From NCBI RefSeq assembly GCF_030684315.1, contig NC_081378.1:14562575-14626574 (forward strand): DNA of 64,000 nucleotides, read 5' to 3'. The notes beneath the pieces are model-generated. The model searched no databases. It had not been told where the DNA came from and saw only the letters and a list, made by a program, of their open reading frames with translations. Shown in pieces: positions 25,031 to 38,160 of this stretch (position 1 is the stretch's first letter; each line of letters begins with the position of its first letter). Origin of the DNA: Stegostoma tigrinum (taxonomy: Eukaryota). The translations under genes were made by a program, and so were the position numbers.

Positions 25031-26237
25031 GAGCAATGACTGAGAAAAGGATTCTGCAAATGGAAGCAATAGTGAATTGTCAAAAAGAAATGGTATAGGC
25101 TGTTTAGTCTTTAAACTTTATTTGACGTGTACTAAACCAGAGTGAGACTATCCAGTTTGCTGCATGCAGGGCTGCAAAGAGCTGACAGACCTTTTGTTGC
25201 AACGGTGCAATGAATTACTTTTATCTGAGTTGCAGTTTACCTGCCTTTTCAGGACTAGACAAGCCTGATCTTTTTTTTATTTCCTTCTGCAAACAATCCT
25301 TCAACTTATGTAGTCATGAAGTGTCATAGGAGTTGAAAAGCCAACTCTTTCTCTTCAGATGCTGCCAGATGCCCATCTGATACATTTCCATGCCAAAAAA
25401 ATCCAGGCAAACCACATCATCTACTGGCTCACCTTTAATCTACCCAACTAATACATCCATAACGAACTCTCGTGGCTCATGGTTCTGAGGATGGGTTGTG
25501 TAAATTTTAATTTACCTCTGTTTTGGTGACAAACATAAGTACATGCTTTATATTGACTTGACTTACTATCATCAATTACTTTCCTTTATCATAATTAACA
25601 CATTATGCTGAAGTGGCGATATTTATTGAAGTAATCAGCTTGCAGCTGTATGACTCCCAGGAAGTTCCACATGCTAAGTGAACTTCCACTTAGCACTGAC
25701 CAGAAAATTAATTGCAGTATACATGCTGTGCTACCGAAAAAAAAAAGGTCAGAGGTTGCGAATTCTGCAGTGCGCAACTCACTCACTACTTAACTCCCCA
25801 AAATCTGTTCACCATGTCCAGAGTAGAATTTACGAGTGTGAAGGAGTCCTCTGCACTTGCCTAATTGTTGCGAGTCCAACTTAAGTGATTTCTTAATATT
25901 ATGTTGAGTGAATCAAATTGTTTGAAGTCCATTATCTGTGATGCTGGGGTCCTTGCTTGGTAGCTAAAATAGTTTATTCACCTGATAAATGTGAATAGAT
26001 CCTGATCCTGTCTCCCAATACCCAATGTGTCCAATCAGATGAGGGACTGCATAAATGTTAATGAGTGTCAGTACTTATTACATAATGAGGAGCTGAATCA
26101 AAGTGTTGCCTGGGGGAAATCAGGGTTTTAGACTGAGTGCCATGGTGGCCCAAGCTTTGGAGTATTAATGTTACTAATGGAACATAGGAATCAAAAATCA
26201 CAGTTGTGTTGTTTTGTCTTTTTGTTTTCTGTCTTAG

Positions 26238-26422
26238 GTCTCTGCAGTAGATTCTTTGGAGGGACAGCTGCTACAAGTGGAAGGACTGAGCGATCTGCGT
26301 CTAGAGCTCCACAGCAAGAAATTGAACATGCATTTGGTGTTAATTGATGAGTTACACCGCCATCTGTATATCAAATCCACAAGTCGTGTGGGCAATCAAA
26401 GCCGGGATAAAAACAAAATTGG
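26238..26422 (+). CDS. EXOC4: EXOC4 coding exon, 185 nt
   Basis: Acceptor ctgtcttag|GTC, donor GG|gtcagt. Translates [61 protein letters not shown](G); phase 0 in, phase 2 out. Confidence 0.96.
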
Positions 26423-27149
26423 GTCAGTATGGAGTGTGATTTGAGAAAGAATGAGATATAAGTGAGAACAGCAACATAAATGTCAACTGCCCAAGACTAA
26501 AAGTCAAGAATTGTTAGAATTTCTCTGGTGCATTTTTTTGCAGCTTTTGGTTTGTAGTTTTGGTGTTATGGGATCACCGTTGAAAAAGACTGCTCTTTCT
26601 GATGTTTATTCACCTCTGTGTGTTTTGAACTTGTGTTGTGAGGCTTTGTGAATGTGACTCTTTTTTTGTTTCATTTTGAAAGAAGAAAAGCTATTTGAAA
26701 GATTGACAATGTTTCGGTGACGTTTCTTCACGAAATTGTTAAAGACTAGCTAAGTGGTAAGCAGTATCATCAGTAACTGACAGTCTGATAAGAAAAATAA
26801 TCCTTCAGGTGAGATGATCAAGTGGGTCAGAATGCTAAATATGCCAAATGTCATTTTGCACACTGTTCTGTATCTGGTTGGACATTTTATACTGTGATTA
26901 TTTAATGTAACTTTTTTTAACACCAGAAGAGCTTTTAATTGGACCTTTGTAGATTGATATCAGTTATCCCCAAACTGTCGCAAGCTCCATGAGTTGATCT
27001 TGTGTATTCGTTCCTTTTTTTAAAAAGTCAAGGAGCTTCACCTTTAAGTTGGCCTTATGTTTTCTTCCAGTGATGTATTTGACAATAGTGTCACTAGATA
27101 AACAATCCAGAGGCCCAAGCTAATGCTTCAGGAGTATGCAATCTCTCAC

Positions 27150-28125
27150 TTTATTTGCCCATTCTGCATAGAATTGTTTCTGGGCTGTCCTCCTTCTTTC
27201 TAGGGAAAAAACAACTAGAAACATGCTCATCCTTTACCACCCTTCTCTGCCCAGTCAAGCACATTCTCACTTTGAACAAATTCTCTAACTCCTTTTACTT
27301 ACGTCAGCTCAAAGGTGTGTTCATGGAAGCAGTATATGTGGAAAACTTTGCTCCAGTCCAACCCGAGCCTCCACTCTCCAGACATACCTTCCACATGAAG
27401 CAATGACTTATCTGCACTTAACTCGATCTAGTTGACTGTATGTTTGCTGTGTGTGGTGTGGGTTACTTTGCATCGGGAAAATGCAATGCAGACTGGCTAG
27501 TTCCTTTGCAGACCACTTTCATTTCATCCTCATTGACCTGAGCTTCCTGTTGTCTGCCATTTGAACACACTATATTGTGTTCTCTGGCCAGTGTCTTAAC
27601 TCTGGCTTGGAGCAGTGCTCCAGCGAAGTTTAGTGCAGGCTGGAAGAACAGCTTTTTGTTTTCCACTTGGAGAACCTGCAGCCTTCTGGATGGAGTATTG
27701 CATTTAATAATTTTAGGACTTCAGCACCTTCTCTCATGTCGCTAAACCAAACTCCATACACCAAATCTGTTGGCAGAAGAGGTGCTACCGCAAATAACCC
27801 AATGTCAGCCAGTTATGGCCCCCATGAGCAGCTGCTGACTCTCTCCAGGCTGACCTTTCCAGAATTCCCAATTGTTCCTTTTTCCTTCTTGCTCTCTGGG
27901 CACCACTTCCACTGAACATTTACTTCTCCCTCCCTTGGCCCATCTGACAGCTCCAGCATAAACACCAACCTTTTCCGAGGTAAAGACAGTTCCAAAGAAG
28001 TGTCACTGAACTGAAATGTTAACTCTGCTGTTCTGTGCACAGATGTTGCCAGACCTGCTGAGTTTCTCCAGCAATTTCTGTTTTTGTTTGTGATTTCCAG
28101 CATCTGCTGTGCTGTTCTTTTTGGC
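27150..28125 (+). mobile_element. Old Penelope-like element fragment (RT piece, GIY-YIG, pLTR)
   Basis: HILTLNKFSNSFYLRQLKGVFM (PLE RT), ...HTFHMKQ and gggttactttgcatcgggaaaatgc (GIY-YIG region), ending in pLTR ctgaaatgttaactctg...gacctgctgagtttctccagc. Confidence 0.7.
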
Positions 28126-28307
28126 TTGGTGCATTTAGCAGATGGTTTCAAATCCCACAATGGCATTTGATATAAATTTTTGGAATTCAAAGCAAGTCTC
28201 AATCATGATCGTGAAACTTGGTGATTATTGTTGAATGACATTGGTGAATGCATGAGTTTTTAGTAAAGGAAATCTTACATGTGTCTCCAATTCCACAGTA
28301 GTGGCCT

Positions 28308-29356
28308 GAAGCGAAGAGTAGTGATAAACGGGTCCCTTTCGGAATGGCAGGCAGTGACCAGTGGGGTACCACAAGGTTCGGTGCTGGGACCGCAGCTGTT
28401 TACGATATATATTAATGATATAGACAAAGGCATTAAAAGTAATATTACCAAACTTGCTGATGACACAAAGTTGGGTGGCAGTGTGAAATGTGAAGAGGAT
28501 GTTATTGGAATACAAGGTGACTTGGACAGGCTAGGTGAGTGGACGGATGCATGGCAGATGCAGTTTAATGTGGATAAATGTGCGGTTATCCACTTTGGCA
28601 AGAACAGGAAGGCAGATTACTATCTCAATGGAGTCAAGTTAGGTAAAGGGGAAGCACAACGAGATCTAGGTGTTCTTGTACATCAGTCAATGAAAGCAAG
28701 CATGCAGGTACAGCAGGCAGTGAAGAAAGCTAATAGCACGCTGGCCTTCATAACAAGGAATTGAGTATAGGAGCAAAGAGGTCCTTCTGCAGCTGTACAA
28801 GGCCCTGGTGAGACCGCACCTGGAGTATTGTATGCAGTTTTGGTCTCCAAACTCTTGCTATTGAGGGAGCGCAGCGTAGGTTCACGAGGTCATTTCCCGG
28901 AATGGTGGGACTATCATATGTTTAAAGATTGGAGCGACTGGGCTTGTATACAGTTGAGTTTAGAAGGATGAGAGGGGACCTGATTGAGGCGTATAAGATT
29001 ATTAAGGGATTGGACAATCTGGAGGCAGGCAGCATGTTTCTGCTGATGGGTGAGTCCAGGACCAGAGGACACAGTTTAAAAATAAGGGTAGGCCATTTAG
29101 AACAGAGTTGAGGAAAAGCTTCTTCACCCAGAGAGTGGTGGATATCTGGAATACTCTGCCCCAGAAGGCAGTGGAGGCCACCTCTCTGGATACTTTCAAG
29201 AAAGAGATGGATAGAGCTCTTAAAGATAGTGGAATCAAGGGTTATGGGGATAAGGCAGGAAGAGGATATTGATTGTGGATGATCAGCCATGATCATAATG
29301 AATGGTGGTGCTGGCTCGAAGGGCCGAATGGCCTACTCCAGCACCTAATTGTCTGT
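28308..29356 (+). mobile_element. Young CR1 3' fragment (RT C-half and 3' UTR)
   Basis: RVVINGSLSEWQAVTSGVPQGSVLGPQLFTIYINDID...LADDTKLGG...WQMQFNVDKC; tail ggccgaatggcctactccagcacctaattgtc. Confidence 0.93.
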
Positions 29357-30730
29357 TGATGCAACCATCTTCTGAAATGGCCCAGCAAGCCACTATAAAT
29401 GCTGGCCTTAACGATGGTGGTCAAGTCCCAGTAAAGAATAGAGAAAAGAATTAAGGCCACTGAGGCAGGTTATTAACGTGTCAGGGAATCTGGGATTTAA
29501 GGTGGTGACTGGGAAATGGAGTTGAGGACCACAGATTAGCACTGATTTACCTTTTTTAGCTGTTGGAGTAGGCTTCAGGGTTTGTGTGAGAGAAGCATTT
29601 TAGGGGAACCGAGGCCCCCCCTTCAACAGTACAAAATCTATCTTTATTGGAACTCCTTTACTATGTGTGGGAGAGGTTAGAGACCATTCTGAATCTAGCT
29701 TTCACATGGTGGCTTGCTGTCTTAAATAGAGCTCAGATCGGAGGTCAGTGACACTGTTCCTTTCTCAATAAAGTACAGGGTATTTATATATCCATTGCTG
29801 ATCTTAGTGCAGAAGATAAAGTAGCTAATTTCTACTAATTGTTATAATATTTGTAATGTCAGCTCTAAGGTAAAATTTTTTTTATTTGTAAATTTGTTAA
29901 AATTTTATGCTATGAATCTGTGACAAAGCTTAACAATTTCAGGAACAGCTTCCCTCTTATCCGACTTGCAAAGTGACAATTTGTTGTTCTCTTGGTTATG
30001 GTAACTCTGGTTTAAACTTATTTCTGCGCCACCGCCCCCACACCCGAACCCCGACCCTTGCCAGGTTATTTGTCATTTGTCTCTTGGTTCTTGTATGACG
30101 TTATTTTGTTTGTACCTTCTTTTATTTTTGTTGTTCTAGTCCTGCAGATGGAGAAAAAATTGTGTTTATGCAAACTAGTCTCTGCATGCAAGGCTAACTG
30201 CTTTCAGAAATTTAATTCCCCATTATCTAATAAATTCAAACTTTTATTCCTGTACCAGTTTGTACTCTAATATGTAATTATAATTATTTGAAAACCTCTT
30301 CTCAAGTAGGTGAAGCTTTCCCTTTCTATTTCATATAAAAATCAGAAATCTCAAATCAGATGACTTTCATCTGAGCTGTCTTTTCAGAGCCTGACTGTTT
30401 GCGTTCTAGTCCTGTCTTACTGAGACTTGGGCATTATGTTGTCTCGCTGTGAAGGTCAGGATTTGAGTTATATGAAGTGCTTCACTTAAAATTTCCTTTG
30501 TCTGTGGGTTTATGAACTTGCTCCTCGAGCTGCCTTGTTCTCGTTCATCGCCGTGCCAGGTGTCATCGTCAGTGGAGCTTCCAATGAAGTGATGTTATTC
30601 TACTTTGCTCAACATTTCTGCTGTCTTGTCTGTTGTGGTCTGTCAAGTAACAACCTATCCATCAATGGGCTGAGTTCCAGTATTTTCGGTTCAGTCAAAG
30701 TAACAACAAAACAGAACTAGTTTCAGACAG

Positions 30731-31021
30731 CAAAGTGTGAAGCTGGATGAACACAGCAGGCCAAGCAGCATCTCAGGAGCACAAAAGCTGACGTTTTGGT
30801 GCTAGACCCTTCATCAGAGAGGGGGATGGGGAGAGGGTTCTGAAATAAATAAGGAGAGAGGGGGAGACGGACCGAAGATGGATAGAGGAGAAGATAGGTG
30901 GGGAGGGGATAGGTCAGTCAGGGGAGGACTCGCAGCAACTCCTATTCGCTTGGGAACCCTGCAGCCCAATGGTATCAATATGGACTTCACAAGCTTCAAA
31001 ATCTCCCCTCCTTCCACTGCA
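30731..31021. mobile_element. Penelope family-1 remnant: minus-strand pLTR joined to a plus-strand GIY-YIG C-terminal piece
   Basis: 30731-30926 is the reverse complement of the family-1 pLTR; 30930-31021 encodes LGTLQPNGINMDFTSFKISPP. Confidence 0.85.
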
Positions 31022-31204
31022 AGATAGATCCTAATGTGCTCCATGGGGAGTAGTGGTATAAATAACTGTCATGAAAGCACGGGAGTCGATATCTCATATC
31101 ATTCAGGATGCATGGATTTCGCTGATACTTTTCGTGGTAGGTTGTTGGAGATTTCCGGTTCAGTTGCCTGAAGAGCATCACTTGCAATCATTACAAGAGT
31201 TGAG

Positions 31205-31519
31205 GCTCTGAAGAGCATACCCCCCCCCCCCCCCCCCACCCCTCCCAGACTCTCACCTTACCCTTTGCCTGTAACCTTGCACTTCCCATGGCTAATCTAC
31301 CTAGCCGACACATTGCCAAGCACCATGGGCAATTTAGCACAGCCAGTCCACCTAACTGGCACATCTTTGGACTGTGGGAGGAAGCCCAGAGTGCCCAGAA
31401 TAAGCCCACACAGACACAGGGAGAACGTGCAAACTCCACACAGACTGTCGCCCGACACTGGAATCACATCCAGGTCCCTGGTGCTATGAGGTTGCAGTAC
31501 TAACTCCTGAGCCACCATG
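31205..31519 (-). mobile_element. HE1-type SINE
   Basis: Minus strand catggtggctcaggagttagtactgcaacctcatagcaccagggacctgg... with V-domain. Confidence 0.88.
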
Positions 31520-33884
31520 AAGCGCATACCTACCAAGTGTTCATGTTTCCATCTGCCAAATAATTAACCACCATTGACCTTGATGAGGATCTTTTCAGTT
31601 ACCTTGTATGTTCAGTTCCTGCATATTTTGTACTTCTTTGGTATACTTAATTTCAGCTGTGTGACTTGGCTGAAATTAATTTCAAAATCTGTTTTTATTT
31701 TGAAATAATGGAATATCTGGAAAATACTAAGTTTCAATCTAAGATACCTTGACTGGATATTTTTGGTAACACCTTTTTAGAGTGAGCAGGTCAGTGAAAA
31801 GTTGAGTTGCAATTAAAATATTGATATGCCCAAAATATTTTGGTGTAATTTTTTTGTAGACTACAGCTGATTGCAAATTAATGAGTTGTGTGGTGACATC
31901 CTGAATAAGGGAGCCAACAACAGTGAGTGTACCTTCAAGACCCAACAAAATGTGTAATGTGAACACTGGCATTTTGTCAGCCTTAGACTGGTTGAAATGT
32001 GTCTTTCAGTTCTTAAATGGTGCACATTCTGAGAGAGCAGAATTGTGTTTCACACATGACTTAAAATCTGTGGTGAGAATGAACAGAGATGGCTGCAAAT
32101 CTCTGTCCATGCAAGTTTTTGACAGCTGAGATTGTAAGATTTTGGGTGCTATAATGCTTGATCTTAATCACATGCTTTTCTGGCAGGATCAATCAGCTAT
32201 TGCAAGTAACTACTTTTGGCTCCTGTCACCAACACTCGTAGTGGGATTGAAAGATTGCTTTACGTTTTTTTGTATGCAGCCATTTCCGATATTTTTAAAA
32301 AAGTGAAGTTGGGCATTATATATCAGAATTCAAAGGTGTTAACAACTTTCCACATAGCTCCATAATTCATGTCTATTAAGCCATTAATTGGTGGTTATAA
32401 AACTAACTGCAGATTTCCACATTCAGGGGCTTGCTAGCATATCAGGTTAGAACCATTTCAATTTGTGGTTACACCCCACTTGAAAGTGAGCACATTATGC
32501 AAGAGTTATGTAAACAACTTCATTTAAACAAGATCGGCATTCCTTTTTGAAGGTGCAGTCAGGCTTGATGGCTAACAAAACTGCATAGGCACTACACTTG
32601 GAACCTTTTTGCACCCCACACAAAAAACAGTGTTATTTGATATTAAAATTCAACTGAATAGCTGCTATTACCAAGTCGTTTCTCTTCTCCCTCTAGAATA
32701 GCTCCAAGCATCTGTCAAAGGTGATAATTGGATAGCCCTCTTCCTTTTTAATGTTACTTCCCTGCAGATTTTTCCTGTATATTATGTAACCAGTGTATGT
32801 AAGCAGTCTTCAATTTACGAATAAAACTAATACGCTATGTCCAGACCCACGTGACCTTTGAAGGAAGGAACGAAGGAATGAATGAATGAAAGAAACTGAC
32901 AGCACTACTACAACAGGTGTGACCACGACATGAAGGAATGATAGGAATTAGGGCCCACAGATGGACGCAACCAAGAAACTAACTAAACCAGCAATAGTAA
33001 ATAAAAGCCACAGATAATCAAAACTGTTGGGAGCTCAGACTTTTAATTTAAAGAAAATGCCTTTTTCTAACTTTAAAATTCTAACCTTGAAAAGAACAAG
33101 ACTAACACCTATTGAATTATGCAAGGTCAAACCAGACACACTAATCTCATTAAAATAACCATTAACACTCAACAATAACCAATAACATGTTCAAACCATC
33201 TCAGATTTCCTGCAAAACAGTTTTTGTACAATAGTTACTGCTTAACACTTAAGTGTTAGAATGTTAATGTATGCTTGAATTCTGTATAAAATGACTGCTT
33301 TTGAGCTATGATTTTGGGATTCTATTTCACCTTACATTGTACTGCTGTGAATGTGCAATAAAGAGGCTATTTTTGCCATTCACTGATCCTGGTCGTCTGG
33401 TTCTTTTGAACGTGAGCTCACAGACACCAATGCATGAAGACCCAGTGGTCAACTGAAAATTACCTGTTGAATGATTTATGACGAAGAAGGTTCAAGCTTG
33501 GGTAATGTGTTTGTGTAGTTTTAATGTTGAACCATATATTTTTGAGTTTTTAAAAAAACCTCTCCTGTTATTTATCAGGTTTATACCATAGTAATAGTAC
33601 ATATTTGTAGAAGGAATATAGTAATAAAACTACTGTGGCCAGTAGTAATTGTGAACATGCAAGGAATCAGTTTTGCTTTCACTTTTTTAGTCTTGCATCT
33701 TTTGTTGTCGTTTTCCACTTGTGTCTAATTTTGGGCATACTAATAATTTGAGCTAGTCAAACTTTAATATGTATTTATGTTGTGACAAACCCAATTAGAA
33801 TTATTGAATACTGTGAATTATAGTGATAAAATTGATACAGCACAACAGGGGTGAATATAGCCTTTTACTGTCTGTAAAGCTGTC

Positions 33885-34210
33885 ATAGAGCTTTACAGTA
33901 TGGAAATAAACACTTTTTGGTCCAACTCGTTTTCAGCTGACCTGATAGCCTAAATTAATCTAATCCCATTTGCTAGCATTTGGCCCCGACCCCCCCCCCC
34001 CCCCCCCCCCCAACCCCCCACCTTGTTTATTCGTACGCCCATCCAGCTGCTTTTTTTATATAAAACATTGTATTTATACCCACCTCCACCACTTTTTCTC
34101 TGGCATCTCATTCCGTACATACACCAACGTTTTTTTTGAAAGAAACAAAAGTTGCCCCTTGGGTCCATTTTTAAATCTCTTTCCTCTCACCTATCCAATT
34201 AGTTATACCC
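33885..34210 (-). mobile_element. CR1 3' UTR fragment
   Basis: tcatagagctttacagtatggaaa...tcccatttgctagcatttggccc...aaaagttgccccttgggtcc. Confidence 0.7.
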
Positions 34211-34837
34211 CTTTCCTCCTTCGTCCCTGGAGTAATATTTTCTGCTTTTTGTAATATTTATCTAGTATCTATTGTTTTTATGCTTCTCTCTCTTTTTTTT
34301 TCCAAGTTGTGTGAACCCTCGCTTTTCTTCTATAGCCAGTTTGTCACACCCAGATTTAAATTCAATCTTGCTTGGGCATGCTCTATAAACCTGAATGGTC
34401 GTGACCTGCATCATTACAGTATTTAATTATGACTACTTCAGGCTGTAATATTGTCCTGTCAACCACATCTATAACGACTGGATTAGCTTGATCTTGAACC
34501 TCCGCTGCTGATTTTGATTTAAGCATTAAAGACAAACCAATCCCTTGATTTTGCTTTTGTGTAATATCTATGCTGTTGAAACCTGTAGTTTGCAGAAGTT
34601 ACAGCAGGCTTCCCTTGGTACTTGAACCACATTCTGTTGATAACCCAATGACCAGAAATGTTTAACACTTCATTGCTCCCTCCAGAAGTGCTGCCTAACC
34701 TGTTGGCTGTTTCCAGAATTATCTAATTTATGAGGTTCCACTACTTTCTTGCCTTTTGAGTTTTCTTGTCGATTTTGTTACTAAGCTGCTTCATTTGTGG
34801 CTAAATTTTGACAGGGATGTGTTTTGTTTTTGTGCAG

Positions 34838-34956
34838 CTTACTTGGCAAAGATGCATCTTTGGTTCCTGTTATTCCAGTTATTGATGCCAACTTGGGATC
34901 TACTTCTAGGAAATTTATGGATAACACTCAGTACAGCAATTCAGTAAGCACAGCTG
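34838..34956 (+). CDS. EXOC4: EXOC4 coding exon, 119 nt (divergent linker exon)
   Basis: Acceptor tttgtgcag|C, donor CTG|gtgagt. Translates (G)LLGKDASLVPVIPVIDANLGSTSRKFMDNTQYSNSVSTA(V), aligning with human [36 protein letters not shown]. Phases (2 in, 1 out) fit both neighbours. Not recovered in frame by the ORF track. Confidence 0.88.
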
Positions 34957-35970
34957 GTGAGTCCTTGATCTCTAATGCCAATTAATGATTGCTTCAGTTG
35001 AAATTTTGCGTAATGGCTAATGAGAAAGTGATCTTCCTATAGCCTTGCAGTCTTGGGATGTCCTCTTCAGCAGTTTGTAGAAAACTCCCAATTTGCAGTT
35101 TGAGTAAGTCGTATGAATGGGGAAAAGAATACATGAAGTTGTTTCTTATTTCCTGTCAGCCCATGAGGAAGGCAACTTCAGCTAAGATGAGTGAGTTGGT
35201 TCCCTTTTTCTCTACCTCCCTTGATTGATTGCAACAAGTTCACTTTTTTTAAGCTGGAAACAAAATCTTTCTCTAACTTATCATAATGTTAACTAGTTTA
35301 CTGTTTCAATAAGTAACCAACTACAAAATTTGCTTGAGTTAAAGGAAGAAGATTTCATAATGAAGTAGTAACATCAAGCATGTGTCATTATGAAGTTAGT
35401 ATTCAGTACGAAAAGAAGTTGTAAAAAAACAAACAAAATTTAGAGTCCTATAGATGTCCTTGATGTGCAAGGTCTTAACACAAGATCATGATTGGTTAGT
35501 AGCTTCTTAAGCCATCAGAAGTAGTGAATGTTTGAATTTTTTTTTAATTCACTGTTTCCTTTATGCTGCTTTCTAATCAACATTTTTCAAAGGGTATTTT
35601 TCTTTGGCGACAATGAGTAAACCTTCCCTTGGTTCAGTTCTGCATTCTTAGTTCCAATCTTTTCTCGGCTGACATGCAGAGCTTTCTTTTTGAACTAGTA
35701 GCTTGTTTGCACGTTATATTATCTGCTTTTTTTTGTTTGTTTGTGATTTGCAGTTAACGTTTCATTTCCAATGTATGGTTTAAATCAAATGGATGAGAGC
35801 CTTGGGAAGGGTATTTTCTGTGTAACTGGTTTTGTTGCCCATGTGTGATAATATGTATAATATCAGTTTTTGAATTTGCTTTGGTTTTTTTTCCTAAAAA
35901 TAAAATAAACAGGTGAGCTTTGTTTTTTCATGTGTAGGTAGCTTTTGTTTTCTTTAAAATAAGATCAAGG

Positions 35971-38160
35971 GTGGTGATAGTGTAATGGTATTAATGCTGT
36001 TCTAGTAATCCAAAGACCGGGGAAATTTCCTTGCGGAGCTGGATTTGAATCTGTTCACGGCACATTGTGGAATGTGAATTGTAAGCCTGGAATTAGAAGG
36101 AATCGTTGGCATTGAGGCCCATTTAGTTCAAGAATATCTCTGAGGGGGAAATATGTTGTTCTTAGACAGTTTAGCCTAATACGACTCCAAACATAGCCAA
36201 TGTTTTGGCTAAACGGCCCTCTGAAAGAACCTAGTGAGATACTCGGTTGTATTTAAACACTTCGAAACGCTATTGAAAGGAACTAAATCAGGTGGACCAA
36301 GTAGCATGGACCTAAGCACCAGAACCGATAATGGCAAACTCTGCTGTGATGCTCCTGCAAAATCCTTTTTGCTAATGGCTGGAGGTTGAAGTAAGGTTAA
36401 AACGGAGGTGCCCAGGGAATCATCTACATTTTGATACTGGACATAGTAAGTTTTTATGGCATGGGCAAGGAACCTTCAGCTGTTCACCACATACTGCCAC
36501 TGGCCTCCCCAACCTACACCCCCACCCTTGCGCCTTGGATGAATCAGTACTTCTCTGTATTCAACAGCATTTGGAGGAAACACTTAAGTGGCAGAATGTA
36601 CTTGGGCTTGGAATTGCATTGTTAGTTACCACAAGTGGCTTGGCATCGTCACTGGCACATCTAGCTGGTTAAGCCATGGTAGACACAGTGGCTGGACTTG
36701 GGTCTCTGTGGTAGGTGTTAAGATAACTACCAGGAGGGGAAAAATCCTACTCAACCTTATCCTGCCAAACATGCCTGCTGCAAATATATCTGTCTATGAT
36801 GTATTATTAGGAGTGACTATAGCTCAGTCCTCAGGGAGATGAAGTCCAGTCTTCAGAGAGAGCATATCATTGTGCCAAATAGGCTAGGTTTTGAGCAGAT
36901 CTGACAACTCAGTATTCGGCATGCTTGGGATGTTACAAGCCAACAGCAGCATTTTGTAGTCTAAAATGACCTGCAATCTTGTAGCCTGGCATAAGCCCCA
37001 CTGTACCATGTACAATCAAGCCACAGGACCAACCCTGGCTCAATGAAGAGTGCGAGAGGGCATGCCAACTGCAATGCCAGGCTTATCTAAAAATGAGGTG
37101 ACCACCCAGTGAAGCAACAAGATGGGACTACTTGCATGCCAGATTATCACAAGAATAAGCAATTCTTCAACCAAAGATCAGATCTAAGCCCTGCAGTCCT
37201 GCCACATATAGTTATGAATGATGGGTCTAATTAAACAACTCACTCAGTCTCCACAAATATTCCTGTTCAAAATGCTGAGGGGGCTGAGCACATTATTGCA
37301 AAAGGTGAGGTTGAAGCATTTGCAACAAACTTCTTCAACCAGAAGTATCATGTGGATTATGCATCTTCAGCATATCCAGATCACCACAGAAGCTAGTCTT
37401 CGGCCAATTTTAATTAATTACATGCAATATCAAAAAGGCATTGGATTCTGCAAAAGCTATGGCCCTTGTCAACATTCTGTCACTGGTATTGAAGATGTGT
37501 GGTTCAGAATTTAATGCACCCCTTGCCTAGCTGTTTCAGTACAGCTACAACACATGCTCAAATGGAAAACTGCCCAGGTATATCCTCTATAGAAAATGCA
37601 GAACAATTCCACCTCAGCCAGGAGCTATCCTGTCAATCTCCTTGACCATTGGTGAAAGGATAGATAAAGTGATTAACAGTGCTATCATGCAGCACTTGCT
37701 TCTCAATAACCTGTTAGACGTTCAGTTTAGGTTTTGCCATGGGCATCCAGCTCCTGACTGCATGAGAGCTTTAGTTCAAATATGGCCAAAAGAGTGGAAT
37801 TTCAGAGGTGGGGTGAGAATGACCTTGACATAAACACTATTTGATTTTTGTCATCAAGGAACATCAGTAAAAGTAGAATCAGTGGGAATCAGAAGGGAAA
37901 AGCTCTGCATTGGTTGGATTCATACCATCCATAGGAAGTTGGTTGTTAAGAGGTCAGTTCCAGGACTACTATTGCAGGAGTTTCTTCAGAGATGTGTCCT
38001 CATGCCAACAGTCTTCAATTAGTTCATCAAGGACCTTGTCTCGATTGTCAAGTCAAAGGTGTTGTATTTGATCAAATAATATTTACCACCATTTGTGATC
38101 CCTCTAAAGCAGTTCATGTCTGACCTCAAAACCTAGACAATATGCAAGCATGGACTGATG
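35971..38160 (+). mobile_element. Family-B LINE, 5'-complete but decayed: tRNA-like head followed directly by APE-RT
   Basis: A box tagtgtaatgg (35978-35988), B box ggatttgaatct (36041-36052); TTRRGKILLNLILPNMPAANISVYD (APE), WKTAQVYP and INSAIMQHLLLNNLLDVQFRFCHGHPAPD (RT). Confidence 0.7.

Larger units (their letters stand above)
27085..29450 (+). mobile_element. Family-B SINE split into three pieces (about 27085-27140, 28135-28305, 29357-29445) by later insertions
   Basis: Pieces read in order: gtgtcactagataaacaatccagaggcccaagctaatg / ggtttcaaatcccacaatggca...taaaggaaatcttacatgtgtctcc / tctgaaatggcccagcaagccactataaatgctggcc. Confidence 0.65.

Noticed and set aside
33243-33258. Perfect 16-bp palindrome taacacttaagtgtta
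   Set aside because: Isolated and AT-rich, with no supporting context.
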